Below the pieces are notes generated by a model. That model was not told the DNA's origin, searched no databases, and saw only the letters and a program-made list of their open reading frames with translations. Positions 49,165-59,548 of a stretch of 64,000 nucleotides of DNA are shown here, in pieces. Each line of letters starts with the position of its first letter. Within the stretch, counting starts at the first letter, position 1. This stretch comes from Armatimonadota bacterium (GTDB taxonomy: Bacteria > Armatimonadota > Fimbriimonadia > Fimbriimonadales > Fimbriimonadaceae), in the NCBI GenBank assembly GCA_031400935.1, contig JANNQV010000039.1, forward strand, positions 1-64,000, in the 5' to 3' direction. Both the position numbers and the translations under genes were made by a program.

Positions 49165-49201
49165 GCGAACTCTTCCTTCTCTCAAAGAATGAAGAGTTCG
49201 C
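49165..49201 (-). terminator. Probable intrinsic terminator of the 49236..51818 gene
   Basis: GCGAACTCTTC...GAAGAGTTCGC 11-bp stem followed by GUUUU on the minus strand. Confidence 0.6.
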
Positions 49202-49235
49202 AGGCCCCGCTAGAGGAATGAAAGAAAGCCGTCCC

Positions 49236-51818
49236 CTAAAACCCGATCCTCAACTCCAAATCGAACCCGCTCGACTTGTACATTCCGCTAGGATTCCCGT
49301 CCAGATTCACCACATTGCGATACTTGTACGAACTGACCAGCGAAACGCCTTGCCAAAGCTGATAAACGTGAGAAAACTCAAAAGCCTCGTCATCCTGCTG
49401 CAAAAATCCGGTCGAATGGCCGAACCGATACACCGCCTGGAGCCTTTGTTTTTGGCTGAGGTTGTAGCCAATAGCAAAGTCAAAACCGACATTGTTTTGC
49501 GCGAAGTCGCTTGTTCCACCAGCCAAAAGGTAGCTGACTGCGCTGGAAACGCTCCACTTTTTGCCTGGACGGGCAGACATATTTGCACTCAAGCTAGTCG
49601 AGTTCGAGCGAATCGGAGAATCAATGAACTCCGTTTGGGATTGATTGATACTGAAGCCAAAGCGCGTGGATTCAGATGCCGCCCAATCCACTCCAATGTC
49701 GTAACGGTTCGTCTTTGAATTCGAGGAGTACGATCCGGTCAATTCTGTTTGATCGAGCAATGCGAAAATGCTGAGGCTTTCAGAAATTTCGTAATTTGTG
49801 CGCAAAGAAAGAATGTTAGCGTTCGTCACCCCGACTTCAAAATTGGTCCCGATTCCACCACTAAACCCGTTGCCGTTGTAACCGAGTCCCCATCCGGTTT
49901 GCAGGCCAGAAAGAAGAGCGAGCTGTCCAGCGTCACTCTTGGCGTAAGTCAGATTCACCGAAAGCCTTTGAGTTGGCTGATAAGTGCTGACGAACGAATA
50001 ATCTTGCCCCGTGCCAGATTCGTCGCCCGCCCGAACATTGCTCAATCCGGCACGCATTCCAAAGCTCCAAACTTTATTTGGGTTATAGGTTGACTCAATT
50101 TTGAACGTATTGAGCGCGATGTCCTTTTGTACAGTCGAACTGCCTTCTGTCAGCGGCGCCGATCCCGTTTGTGTGTCAAAAGCAACCCGAATCTGCACTG
50201 GTCCGACGAACCGACTGGTACTTAGCGACGCCGAATCCAGTCTAGTTTTGCCGAAGCTGGTTTCCGAATCCAAATGAGTTAGGTCTAGCCTCCAAGGTTC
50301 CCCTACAATCTTGTTGTAGCCAAAAGAAGCATTCGCTCGCTTCAAGTCTGCGGTTGAAAAGATCGGTTCTCCACCCGACCCAACTCTCTGGCTGATGACC
50401 TTGCTGGCACCGCCTGTCAGTTCCGCGGTGAGTCCATTTCGTTCGTAAGATAGCGTGGCGTCTGTCGCCTTTTCATTTCGATTGAATCCGCGTGATTCAA
50501 CGCTTACATAAGTTGCCGGAACGTCTCGAGTTGATGTCCGAAACCGAAAATCGCCCCAATCGTATCGAACGTCAATCCCTTTAGCGATTCCGCTCATGGG
50601 GTTGATTTCGTTTTTCAAGCTGCCTTTCGCCTGATACAGCCGAATTTCGCCACCGGAAGATTTTGATTTTGTGGCAGTATCCAGTTGGCCCGGAACTGCC
50701 AAACCCTTTGGTCCTGAACCAATTCGAATCGAATAATCCAATCCAATCACTTCTCTGTCGCCATCCACAGTTGAAGTTGGCGTCGGAGTGTAAATGACCT
50801 CGATTGTGGCGGTTGTAGGGACGAAAAATAAGAAAAAGAAGATCGTTGGGTTGTCTAAATCAAATCGAAAATGAACGTTCTCAGTTTGTTCCGATCCGTT
50901 GAGAAGCACCCGAATCGGCCTTGTTCGTAAAGGCTCAAACTGCAAGAAATATGGTGTCGAAGGAGCACCAGCGCCTTGAAAGAGCTCACTTCGAGTGCTC
51001 AATGCGCCGCTTGTTCCTGTAAGTTGGCGCATCCCGGTCACGCCAATTCTTCCGAACTTGCCCAGATCATACGTCGCGCCGACGCCTTGAATCGTGCCTC
51101 GCGAAGAGTTGAAACCGTAAGCCTCAAAACTGATGACAATGGTGCTTGTTGGGCTGATGACCCGGTTGACAAAAGTGATCTCGCCGTATTCATAGCGAAT
51201 CACATAGTCGTCCACGATTCGCATGGGTTGGCCGTCAACTTCAATCTGTTCTGAACCTGGGACGAGCTGGCTTGAATTCAAATAGAATGGGCCTGATGTG
51301 TTGTTTCCTGTAAACGAAATCGTTCGTGGAGTGCCTTTTGCCTCGCTGTAAATCCCTTTCACACGAAGCGGTCCACTCCCATATTCGATAGATGCGCCCT
51401 TGAGCGTTTTTTGGAAGGATGCAAACCTATTTGAATTTAGCATTGAGCCTTGGATGTCTCCAAGGTGAATTGAGTACGGCTTCTTGTCGTAATCAATGCT
51501 CACGTGCTGAGAGTTCGGGTCAGAAAAACGGTTTGTGTCAACAGTTGCCCGAAAAGTCGCAACGCCAAAGACCTTCTGCCCCGCGAAGCTCATGTTGCCG
51601 ACATCTGTCCATCGTCGGTCTCCATATCCGTAGTAATTCAGCGAATTGAACGCTTCGCGGTCACCTGAAACCGCATGAGAATGGAATCCAAAAGTTCGCG
51701 ATCCGCTAAGCTCGATTCGGTCAATCACGTTCTTCTTGAACCATGACCAGTCCACCGCCCACGAATGTCCAATCGTGACCGTGAAGAGCAATCCGCAAAT
51801 GAGGGCAATCCAGCGCAT
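49236..51818 (-). CDS. Large secreted protein, probable outer-membrane beta-barrel
   Basis: Signal peptide; amphipathic beta strands in the C-half; C-terminal DLELRIGF ending in Phe. Confidence 0.65.
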   Translation of the reverse strand: MRWIALICGLLFTVTIGHSWAVDWSWFKKNVIDRIELSGSRTFGFHSHAVSGDREAFNSLNYYGYGDRRWTDVGNMSFAGQKVFGVATFRATVDTNRFSDPNSQHVSIDYDKKPYSIHLGDIQGSMLNSNRFASFQKTLKGASIEYGSGPLRVKGIYSEAKGTPRTISFTGNNTSGPFYLNSSQLVPGSEQIEVDGQPMRIVDDYVIRYEYGEITFVNRVISPTSTIVISFEAYGFNSSRGTIQGVGATYDLGKFGRIGVTGMRQLTGTSGALSTRSELFQGAGAPSTPYFLQFEPLRTRPIRVLLNGSEQTENVHFRFDLDNPTIFFFLFFVPTTATIEVIYTPTPTSTVDGDREVIGLDYSIRIGSGPKGLAVPGQLDTATKSKSSGGEIRLYQAKGSLKNEINPMSGIAKGIDVRYDWGDFRFRTSTRDVPATYVSVESRGFNRNEKATDATLSYERNGLTAELTGGASKVISQRVGSGGEPIFSTADLKRANASFGYNKIVGEPWRLDLTHLDSETSFGKTRLDSASLSTSRFVGPVQIRVAFDTQTGSAPLTEGSSTVQKDIALNTFKIESTYNPNKVWSFGMRAGLSNVRAGDESGTGQDYSFVSTYQPTQRLSVNLTYAKSDAGQLALLSGLQTGWGLGYNGNGFSGGIGTNFEVGVTNANILSLRTNYEISESLSIFALLDQTELTGSYSSNSKTNRYDIGVDWAASESTRFGFSINQSQTEFIDSPIRSNSTSLSANMSARPGKKWSVSSAVSYLLAGGTSDFAQNNVGFDFAIGYNLSQKQRLQAVYRFGHSTGFLQQDDEAFEFSHVYQLWQGVSLVSSYKYRNVVNLDGNPSGMYKSSGFDLELRIGF

Positions 51819-51832
51819 ATAGATTCTGCCAA

Positions 51833-52915
51833 TTATTTGGCGGCAGTCTTACCTTTCAGACAGGTTTGGAGCACCTCAATGTTCAGTTCAGCTTGTTTTC
51901 TCAATTCGACTTGCTTTTTGGCGATGATTTTGCGGTTTCGGTCGCCGTCTTTCAAAAAGCTCATGAAAGTATCGAATAAGCGGTCCGCGGTAAGTCCCTC
52001 GATATTTGGAGGTGCAGGAAGGTCCATCAGCTTTGCGAATGCGATAACTTTTGGATCGTAGCTGATCATAAATGGGGGCACGCCGCAAGTCGCAGCCAAA
52101 ACACCGCCGTGAAGCCTCATGGATATTACAGTCTCCATTCTAGAAATTCGTTCCTGAATTTGCATTGGAGAGTACATTCCTCGAATATCGGGCACTTTTC
52201 CACCCTGCGTATTCCCGATTTTGGTAATCAGGTCTCGGTCAATGGCTTGATCCATCTCGATCAGAACTGGCATCAGGTTAGACTTGTAGAGGAGTCTCGC
52301 CATTTCGCCAAAAAGCTTAATAATGTTTTTGGTTTCCTTTCCAAAGGGCCTCGGAGCAATTCCAATTGTCTTCATATCGCCTATGGAAAAGCCCGAAGAA
52401 TCTTTATCGTGCGATGGTTCCCTCATCAGGAACGCCATGTCAGCCGAAACATGCGGAGCGCGCTTAATGCCGATATCCCGAAGCAGTTGAGCAGAGCCTG
52501 GATCGCGAACCACAACGGCATCAGCCGCCGAAAATGCGCCAACCGCCATTCGCTTTGCAAAAAACGAATTCAGGGGCCCGACGCCTTGGCCCAAGAAAAT
52601 CACTTTTTTGCCTGCTTTTTTGGCTTGTTTGACCAAGCCAGCATAGTAGCCAGTGCTTCGAAGCGAGGTTACGTCCTGAAAAATACTCCCGCCAGGAAAG
52701 ACTAAGGCATCGCATTCGTCCATTGCGGCTTGAACGGCTTTGAATTCTTTGCGAGGAATGGCTGACATTCCGTACACACGGAATGTGTTTTCGGGGTTTC
52801 CGCTTAGAACGGTGATGTCATACGGCAGTTTGTCAATGCCTTCAGAGAATCCGGCGAGGATTGCATCGTCACCCAGGTTTCCGCACCCAAAATATCCAGC
52901 CAATAGGAGTTTCAT
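51833..52915 (-). CDS. csaB: Polysaccharide pyruvyl transferase CsaB
   Basis: GYFGCGNLGDDAIL, GGSIFQDVTS, QGVGP, VRD.GS, MRLH and SYDPKV motifs. Confidence 0.92.
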   Translation of the reverse strand: MKLLLAGYFGCGNLGDDAILAGFSEGIDKLPYDITVLSGNPENTFRVYGMSAIPRKEFKAVQAAMDECDALVFPGGSIFQDVTSLRSTGYYAGLVKQAKKAGKKVIFLGQGVGPLNSFFAKRMAVGAFSAADAVVVRDPGSAQLLRDIGIKRAPHVSADMAFLMREPSHDKDSSGFSIGDMKTIGIAPRPFGKETKNIIKLFGEMARLLYKSNLMPVLIEMDQAIDRDLITKIGNTQGGKVPDIRGMYSPMQIQERISRMETVISMRLHGGVLAATCGVPPFMISYDPKVIAFAKLMDLPAPPNIEGLTADRLFDTFMSFLKDGDRNRKIIAKKQVELRKQAELNIEVLQTCLKGKTAAK

Positions 52916-54807
52916 GCTTTCTCTTTTTGAAGTTCAGGCAACGCCGCACAGAGTGCGATCCAAAGCACAATGCCAATTAGCCCGCCAATTGCTAATCCAA
53001 AACCGATTCTGACAAACCCTATTATGAGCGGTGTGTGCAAATGGCACAAGGTGTTTACCATGCTTGTGATGCCGACTGCTCCCACCATCAGGGCAAGTGC
53101 CGTCCATCCGCCCCACTTTTCCTTAAATGTTTCGCTGGATTGACATCGCCCTAACAATGCAATTCCAACGACCAACGCAGGGTTGCCAATCAGGAATTCC
53201 TTTGTTCGTGGACGCACAACCAATAGATTCTCAAGAATGGAACGTAGCTGCATTTCAAGTCCGCTTACACCCGCAGGATTGTCGTTGCCAGTTCTTGTCA
53301 TCATGAATCCGATCACACCAAGGAATACAATTCCAACAATGGCTTGCATCCAACGGATTGGACTGTTAAGAGCAAGTTTTGAATCGGTGAGCTTTGCAAA
53401 ATAGAACCAGCCAACTACGGCGATTGGCAAAAAGACGGCGAGTTTGACTCCAGAAAACTGGTCTGCCCTAAGGAAAAACTGCAAGCCGTTCAAAAGTCCG
53501 GCAACTGACATTCCGCCAAGTAGCGATACAGCAGCCAATCCAAAATAGCGGACGAGCCCATTTCGAGGCATTCGCTCCATCAATATGAATCCACCGACTG
53601 GATATGCAAGCGCGCCAAGCAAAGCGGCATAAGTTCGCGGACTATCAGCCCAGCATCCTGCACCGATTAGCATAACGGCAAGTCCAAAGAAGACTTGTAA
53701 CCAGCGGAATGAAACGAGCGACGCAAACGCAAAGAGCGCCATCGGCGCGATGGAAAGTCCAATGGCGGCAAAGAGCCATTGAGGAACTCTTGAATCTTCA
53801 AAAGGATGCGCTGGCAAGACGGACGAGCCTTCGCGTTTCACTTGGTCTGCCACCGCTGCGGTAAGTTCGGCAAAGCTGGTCAGCGGCTTAGCAGACGCAC
53901 TCGTCAATGGCCTCAGCAGTAACATCCGAACTCCGCGCTCCGATGCCGCTTTCACATATCTTTCTACATAGCCAGCTTGAGTGAGTTTGTCCACCTCATT
54001 GGCCTGAGCTGCGTGAAGTCGAATGGAGCGTTCTGGAATTGAAGCCAGCATGGCAGGGTCGCCGCCGATTTTGGCAAATTCTGGAGAGGCGTAGATCATC
54101 TGAAATTCGGCGAGGGCGTCTGAGAACGCCTTGACTGAATCGCGCCTGCCTAAGAGTTGTTCTCCGACAGGCAAGAAATATCTAGCGCCGTCTTCTTGTG
54201 CCCAGCGGATGGTTTCGCGAACTCCGCGATCAGAAATTCCCTCTGGGTTTGCGTTTCGGCAGATGATGTCAATTTTTAGCTTTCTAGCGGCGAATGAATA
54301 TTGAGGATCTAAACCTACAGATGTAGTTCGTAAGAGGTTGAGCGAAATCTTCCTTACGCTTAGCTCCGCAACAGGATCATCTTCCAGTAACGAAAGTAAC
54401 TCGAGTTGATCTGCTTTCAAATCGAACCGATTTCTCAAACCTCGTTCGACCCGGTTTATGAGATCGGGTGGGCCTGTCAATGAAAGACCTGGCCTGTACT
54501 GAGCGGAATAACCGAAGGACCTCACTTCGAAGTCACCATTCGCTAGAAGTTGCCCTAGAGTTATTTCGCTGATGACAACTCCGTTCAAACCGTACTTGGA
54601 CATCGCTGCAAGAGCTTCTTCAAAGTTGAGCCCTTCAGCCGCCCCTAACGCCTCGATCTGATCCGCTTCTGCGACGATAGAAACAGCCTTATTGAGCGAC
54701 TCGGCTTTGTACCGTAAAGCGAGCGAATATCCGGTCAACCCAGCGCAAACGAGGCACGAGACTGCGATGCCAAAAATTGGATTACGAAAATTCATCGTCC
54801 TCCTCAA
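52912..54807 (-). CDS. DUF5693 family membrane protein
   Basis: ER.VR, FSGVK, VRPRTKEFLIG.P and NT.CHLHTP motifs; usual csaB neighbour. Confidence 0.85.
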   Translation of the reverse strand: MRRTMNFRNPIFGIAVSCLVCAGLTGYSLALRYKAESLNKAVSIVAEADQIEALGAAEGLNFEEALAAMSKYGLNGVVISEITLGQLLANGDFEVRSFGYSAQYRPGLSLTGPPDLINRVERGLRNRFDLKADQLELLSLLEDDPVAELSVRKISLNLLRTTSVGLDPQYSFAARKLKIDIICRNANPEGISDRGVRETIRWAQEDGARYFLPVGEQLLGRRDSVKAFSDALAEFQMIYASPEFAKIGGDPAMLASIPERSIRLHAAQANEVDKLTQAGYVERYVKAASERGVRMLLLRPLTSASAKPLTSFAELTAAVADQVKREGSSVLPAHPFEDSRVPQWLFAAIGLSIAPMALFAFASLVSFRWLQVFFGLAVMLIGAGCWADSPRTYAALLGALAYPVGGFILMERMPRNGLVRYFGLAAVSLLGGMSVAGLLNGLQFFLRADQFSGVKLAVFLPIAVVGWFYFAKLTDSKLALNSPIRWMQAIVGIVFLGVIGFMMTRTGNDNPAGVSGLEMQLRSILENLLVVRPRTKEFLIGNPALVVGIALLGRCQSSETFKEKWGGWTALALMVGAVGITSMVNTLCHLHTPLIIGFVRIGFGLAIGGLIGIVLWIALCAALPELQKEKA

Positions 54808-55462
54808 AATTCCTACCTGCGAGCACTTTCGCCCTGCCTCCCATGATCAAAATAGTCAACATGCCAGCCAAGAATCCACCGGCATGTGCCCAGTTGGCGA
54901 CACCTTCTTGCCGAAAGAATATCTGAAACAAGAACCATGACCCAAGAAGGACCCATGCAGCGGCTTCTACTGGAACAGGGACAAAAGGAATGATGATCTC
55001 CAATTTGTTTCCTGGAAACAACAGAAAATAACTTCCCAATACGCCGCCGATGGCCCCAGATGCTCCGACAATGGGAATTGGCGAATGCGGGTCTACAAAT
55101 ATCTGAGCAGCCGAAGCCGCAAATCCCCAACCTAAATAGTACAGGCTGTATCGCCACGACCCCATCCCTTGTTCAACAGTTGAACCGAAAGTAAGCAGAT
55201 AAAGCATGTTCCCCAGCAGGTGCAGCAAATTTCCGTGAAGGAACATGCTGGTAAATAAAGTCACCAAAGGAAACGTTTCGCCGCGCCCCCGGACAGCTTT
55301 GTAAACTTGGTCTGGCCGCATTGCGAGGTCAGAAAAAACCATGCTCGGATTTGTGAGCGATCCACCACGATCCCAAAGAAAAATGATGCAGTTCAACGCG
55401 ATTAACGTGTAGGTTACGGCTGGCACAGATTTGCCGTGCCGATTATCGCGGATCGGTAGCAT
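54782..55462 (-). CDS. Rhomboid family intramembrane serine protease
   Basis: SMFLHG..HL.GNM, GASGA and AHAGGF motifs. Confidence 0.93.
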   Translation of the reverse strand: MLPIRDNRHGKSVPAVTYTLIALNCIIFLWDRGGSLTNPSMVFSDLAMRPDQVYKAVRGRGETFPLVTLFTSMFLHGNLLHLLGNMLYLLTFGSTVEQGMGSWRYSLYYLGWGFAASAAQIFVDPHSPIPIVGASGAIGGVLGSYFLLFPGNKLEIIIPFVPVPVEAAAWVLLGSWFLFQIFFRQEGVANWAHAGGFLAGMLTILIMGGRAKVLAGRNFEEDDEFS

Positions 55463-55503
55463 GAGATTCGATTGTACCGGGCTAGGAGTCTAGTTCGGGT
55501 TTG

Positions 55504-55618
55504 TTTTGAGAGTGCGCGGGCTTGACCGCGCTTTCAACCGTGTTCTAAATTCACTCTTGAACCCAAATCGTCAAGCGGCTTCCGTGAAAAGCGCGGTCAA
55601 GCCCGCGCACTCCCAAAA
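55504..55618. repeat. REPIN-like doublet: 31-bp inverted repeats
   Basis: 55504-55534 and 55588-55618 are reverse complements with one mismatch; each arm is G(A/G)AG plus a GCGCGG-N6-CCGCGC hairpin. Confidence 0.8.
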
Positions 55619-57598
55619 CTACCGATCCCAAAACACGCCAAGCTGACTTTCAGCAGGTGTTGGGCCGCGATCCTTCACCTGAGCCGTGCGAACTGCGTTC
55701 TTAGCCCAAGGCGCACCACTCGGGTACGCATCGTCGCCGCCAAGGTCCATGAACACCCCTAGACATAACGCTCGAATTCGCAGAGAAGTCTTAGGCGCTT
55801 CTGTAACCGTTCCTAAAATCACTCCTGAGGCCTCGTATTTATCGCTACCTGCCGCATCCACAAACCACCCAAAGCCGTTGGCATTGCCCGCCCCAAGGCT
55901 CAAATTTGGCGCTGTATGCGTGTCGTCTCCCAATCGGTCAATCAGAACGCCAATCCCGAAGTCATGCCCAGCGCCTTGAGCCATGTTCATTGGAGCAACG
56001 TAGGTGTCATTGCCGTCGCCATCATCAAGGTATCCAATTGCAAAATGCGCCGATGCTCCCTGAACATACCATTGGCCGAGATATGAATCATTGCCGTTGT
56101 CATCGAGCAGCATCCCAACTCCTTCCCAATATCCAACGCCTTGTCCAAAAATTCCGCAAGTGTAGGAGTCCTTGCCAGATAGGTCGGCAAGAATTCCAAC
56201 TCCTCCGGCAAGGCTGTGCCCGTCCAAATAATCGCCACGACGACCATTTCCAGCGCCTTGCGACATGCTGATATTGTGCTGAGCCGATTGAGCGCTCGGA
56301 AGGTCAATCACCGTATCGTTGGCAACATAATGGTCGTCGCCTGCCCGATCAATGAGCATTCCGACTCCTCCAGTTTGGCCGCACGCTTGCACTTGGCTGA
56401 ATCCAAAATACTTGTCGTTTCCGGCATGGTCTTCTAATACGCCGGTCCCAAAGGTTCCAAATCCCTGCGAGTCTTGGTACGAATCGTAAATGTCGTCGCC
56501 TGCTTCGTCAATGCAAAATGCGATTCCAAATCTCCCGCTTCCGATTCCATTTCGATGTGTTCGGTACAGGTCATTCCCCGCATGGTCCATTAAGATCGAA
56601 TACCCGAGAACAGCAGCACTTGGGCCAGGTTTTGAAGCGGCGCCTCCTCTTTGCGGCCATTTTTCAAGTTCCGTGTCACGCAAGGCAATTTCAGAAAGGT
56701 AACGGTCATCTCCATTGGAATCCAAAACTATTGAAATCGGATTCGATGCGCTCCGATTGCATGGCAGGTTCAAATACGTGTCTTGCTTTCCTGTGTCAAT
56801 CACAAGGAGGCAAGGTTCGTCATAGGTTGACGACTTGCCGCCTGAAAGGACAAGAGTGCCAAATTTGGTAGCAACCCGAAACGTATACGCAGTGTTTTCA
56901 TCAACAGTGGCAATGCGCACCATTGCTTCTTGGCAAGCGGCAAGAAGGTCAACTCCGCCTGCGCCGAGATAGCCAAGATCAACCTTTGAACCCATTGCTC
57001 GAAACCACGCAGATTGGCTGATGTCATCGTCTGAAGGCTTCGATGTCAGGCGTTGAAAGGCACTATCAAGTTCAGAAACGGATTGGAAGGCGAGTTTCCT
57101 CATTTCCATCGAAAAGGGCAGCACTCTCAATATCAATGCCGCCGCCGCTTGAACTTCCTTTGGCACAGAAGCAGTTGGTGGGATCGTGCCGGTAACCCAT
57201 CCCTTTTGCTTCCAGTCTGCCATTACGACATCTAAGTCGTTTGCCTTCTTCGATGTGTCAATGTGCGACTGAATAGGATCACCAACTAATGATCGCCGAA
57301 CCTGCCAGCCCAATTGGCGCAAGCAAGTAGTTAGCGTATCTTGCGGCTTCGATGCTGAGGAAGCGACTTCTTGACGAATTGTTTGCGCAAAAAGTGGAAT
57401 TCTCCAAGGATTTTCGTGACAGGCGTCGTATAAGGGTGTAGTGAACTCTCCTTGGCGAAACATTCTCAGTATATTTGGATCAAAACGAGCCGTTCGTGAA
57501 GTGAGACTAGCCGTCCCCAGGGCAACTTCTAACTCAAAGTCAAATGCTGGAGCTTGGAATGCTGTGACCTGGACGAAGATGAGTGCTAGCAGATTCAT
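55619..57598 (-). CDS. Secreted protein with tandem D-x-x-G-x-D-x-Y repeats
   Basis: About 11 repeats such as LIDRAGDDHY, LDDGDGNDTY and QGAG..GIG.L. Confidence 0.7.
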   Translation of the reverse strand: MNLLALIFVQVTAFQAPAFDFELEVALGTASLTSRTARFDPNILRMFRQGEFTTPLYDACHENPWRIPLFAQTIRQEVASSASKPQDTLTTCLRQLGWQVRRSLVGDPIQSHIDTSKKANDLDVVMADWKQKGWVTGTIPPTASVPKEVQAAAALILRVLPFSMEMRKLAFQSVSELDSAFQRLTSKPSDDDISQSAWFRAMGSKVDLGYLGAGGVDLLAACQEAMVRIATVDENTAYTFRVATKFGTLVLSGGKSSTYDEPCLLVIDTGKQDTYLNLPCNRSASNPISIVLDSNGDDRYLSEIALRDTELEKWPQRGGAASKPGPSAAVLGYSILMDHAGNDLYRTHRNGIGSGRFGIAFCIDEAGDDIYDSYQDSQGFGTFGTGVLEDHAGNDKYFGFSQVQACGQTGGVGMLIDRAGDDHYVANDTVIDLPSAQSAQHNISMSQGAGNGRRGDYLDGHSLAGGVGILADLSGKDSYTCGIFGQGVGYWEGVGMLLDDNGNDSYLGQWYVQGASAHFAIGYLDDGDGNDTYVAPMNMAQGAGHDFGIGVLIDRLGDDTHTAPNLSLGAGNANGFGWFVDAAGSDKYEASGVILGTVTEAPKTSLRIRALCLGVFMDLGGDDAYPSGAPWAKNAVRTAQVKDRGPTPAESQLGVFWDR

Positions 57599-58778
57599 TG
57601 TTGGCGGACTCCTGATGACCAGCTTATGTTACTGCGCTTCGGCTCAAACAGTTCTGGATATTCCCGCAAAAATCTCCTTTGCGGATTGGAAATTGGTGGA
57701 ACAAAACGTATTGACGACTCAATACTCAATTGAATTTCCATCGCCAGTAGTTTCAGAAACGCCGGCAAATGATTCCCTGAATATCTTAGTTCTCGTACCC
57801 AAAATCGCTGGCCAACCTGTTCCTGCAGTTGTCCTTCTTCATTATTGGGGAGCGACAGATCATCGTGTTGAACTGAATTTTGCAAGAGAACTTGCTAGAA
57901 AGGGAATCGCTTCTGTGATCGTGCCGCTTCCCTATCACATGAACCGCTCTCCAGAGGGTGTTCGCTCCGGTTCATTTGCCATTTCAGCCGATCCTAATCA
58001 CATCATTAGAACGATGTTGCAGGCAATTATGGACCTCAAACGAACCGCCGATTGGATTCAAACTCGCCAAGAATTTCGACATGACCGGATCGGTATCTCA
58101 GGTGCTTCGTTGGGGGCAGTCATTACAGCACTGGCTTCAAGTGTCGAACCTCGATTCACCGATGCAGCTTTTGTGGTTGGAGGAGTCGATCTGGCTCACT
58201 TGTTGTGGCACAGCTCGCGAGTTGTATTGCAGCGCGATACGATGAGGTCTAAGGGCATTACAGAGCAAGCGCTCCGCGAAATCCTAAAGCCTATCGAGCC
58301 GCTCGAATACTTCAAGCAACATCGGCCGATGAATTCCTACGTGATTGGTGCAAAATTTGACACTGTTATTCCTCAACGATCAACCGATCAACTGATTGAC
58401 GGCCTTGCAAATCCTCATACTCTTTGGCTTGAAACGGGTCATTACGGCGGATTTTTGATCGAAAAGCAAGTCCAACGCTCACTTGGAGATTTCTTTTCTA
58501 AATCCTTTGCTGATCAAACCTTTGTGGCTCCTTCGAAGTTATCGGCTCCAACAATCCGGTTGGGCGTCACCCTCGACACAAAGGGAGGAGCCCAGATTTC
58601 AGCTGGGATTGACCTTTTGCGCCCAAATTGGCCGAGAGAACCATTCGCGTCCATCCTATTTCAGCCCTCAAGCACGCAATTGGTATTGGGTGTTTCTTTG
58701 GACAACGGCCTAGCCGTTGGCGCATTTATTCGACAAAAGGGAATCGGTTTTGGCATGATGTGGAGCATGATTTTATGA
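57579..58778 (+). CDS. Alpha/beta hydrolase fold protein (secreted)
   Basis: GASLG nucleophile elbow, FDTVIP, GHY; start at 57579 or 57615. Confidence 0.8.
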   Translation: MSASRFIVGGLLMTSLCYCASAQTVLDIPAKISFADWKLVEQNVLTTQYSIEFPSPVVSETPANDSLNILVLVPKIAGQPVPAVVLLHYWGATDHRVELNFARELARKGIASVIVPLPYHMNRSPEGVRSGSFAISADPNHIIRTMLQAIMDLKRTADWIQTRQEFRHDRIGISGASLGAVITALASSVEPRFTDAAFVVGGVDLAHLLWHSSRVVLQRDTMRSKGITEQALREILKPIEPLEYFKQHRPMNSYVIGAKFDTVIPQRSTDQLIDGLANPHTLWLETGHYGGFLIEKQVQRSLGDFFSKSFADQTFVAPSKLSAPTIRLGVTLDTKGGAQISAGIDLLRPNWPREPFASILFQPSSTQLVLGVSLDNGLAVGAFIRQKGIGFGMMWSMIL

Positions 58779-59548
58779 CCAATTGGCCAGCGATGACCCA
58801 CTCAAATTTAGTTGAAACTTATTTCAAGCTCGCGAGCGCGATACCTGGCACAGAATCAGTGCAGAATGAATCATGGACGGCTTGTCGAAATTCGATGGAT
58901 CATGCAAGTTGCAATTTTGGAATCATCACTTCCTCTGAATCCATGGATGCGCCTGAGCTAAACGAGTTCATTGGTAACCGGAATTCTTTTCACATTTACT
59001 CTTTCTGCAAAGATTATGTTAAGGATCCAGCTGACCGTTGGGCAAAGAGAATGGGTTACCGGCACGGTTCGATTTTGATCGCGTTGGCAATGCAACCCAA
59101 AGAAATTGGCGTGACATCAAGCATCAAACTTGAATTTGCACAAAGTGAAGGCGAAAGAAACCAAATAGCAGAAGCCATCGCATTGCAGTTTTTCCCGCGT
59201 CAAACTCATGCCGCGAGAAGGGTTATCGTGGCAGCAACAGCTGGTTCGGGACTGCCTCTGGCAAAGATTATCTCTGATGGCGAATCTGTCGGCGCAATCA
59301 TGCTTTGCAGAACAAACGGAGCCATTGGCGTCTACAACTTCTTCGTTGAACAACGGTTTCGAGGGCTTGGAATTGGCAAACAAACCATGTTGGCCGTAGC
59401 CGAATTGGCACGATTCGAGCAATGTATCGTTTGCCTTCAGTGCGACCTCTCTTTAATTGAATGGTATGAGATACTGGGGTTTAATGAAATCGGTCATGTA
59501 GACATTTGGGTACTTGATCGTTTTGGAACAATTGCTATAATAGGATGA
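58775..59548 (+). CDS. GNAT family N-acetyltransferase
   Basis: VYNFFVEQRFRGLGIG and WYEILGF motifs; ATGA overlap with the upstream stop. Confidence 0.8.
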   Translation: MTNWPAMTHSNLVETYFKLASAIPGTESVQNESWTACRNSMDHASCNFGIITSSESMDAPELNEFIGNRNSFHIYSFCKDYVKDPADRWAKRMGYRHGSILIALAMQPKEIGVTSSIKLEFAQSEGERNQIAEAIALQFFPRQTHAARRVIVAATAGSGLPLAKIISDGESVGAIMLCRTNGAIGVYNFFVEQRFRGLGIGKQTMLAVAELARFEQCIVCLQCDLSLIEWYEILGFNEIGHVDIWVLDRFGTIAIIG

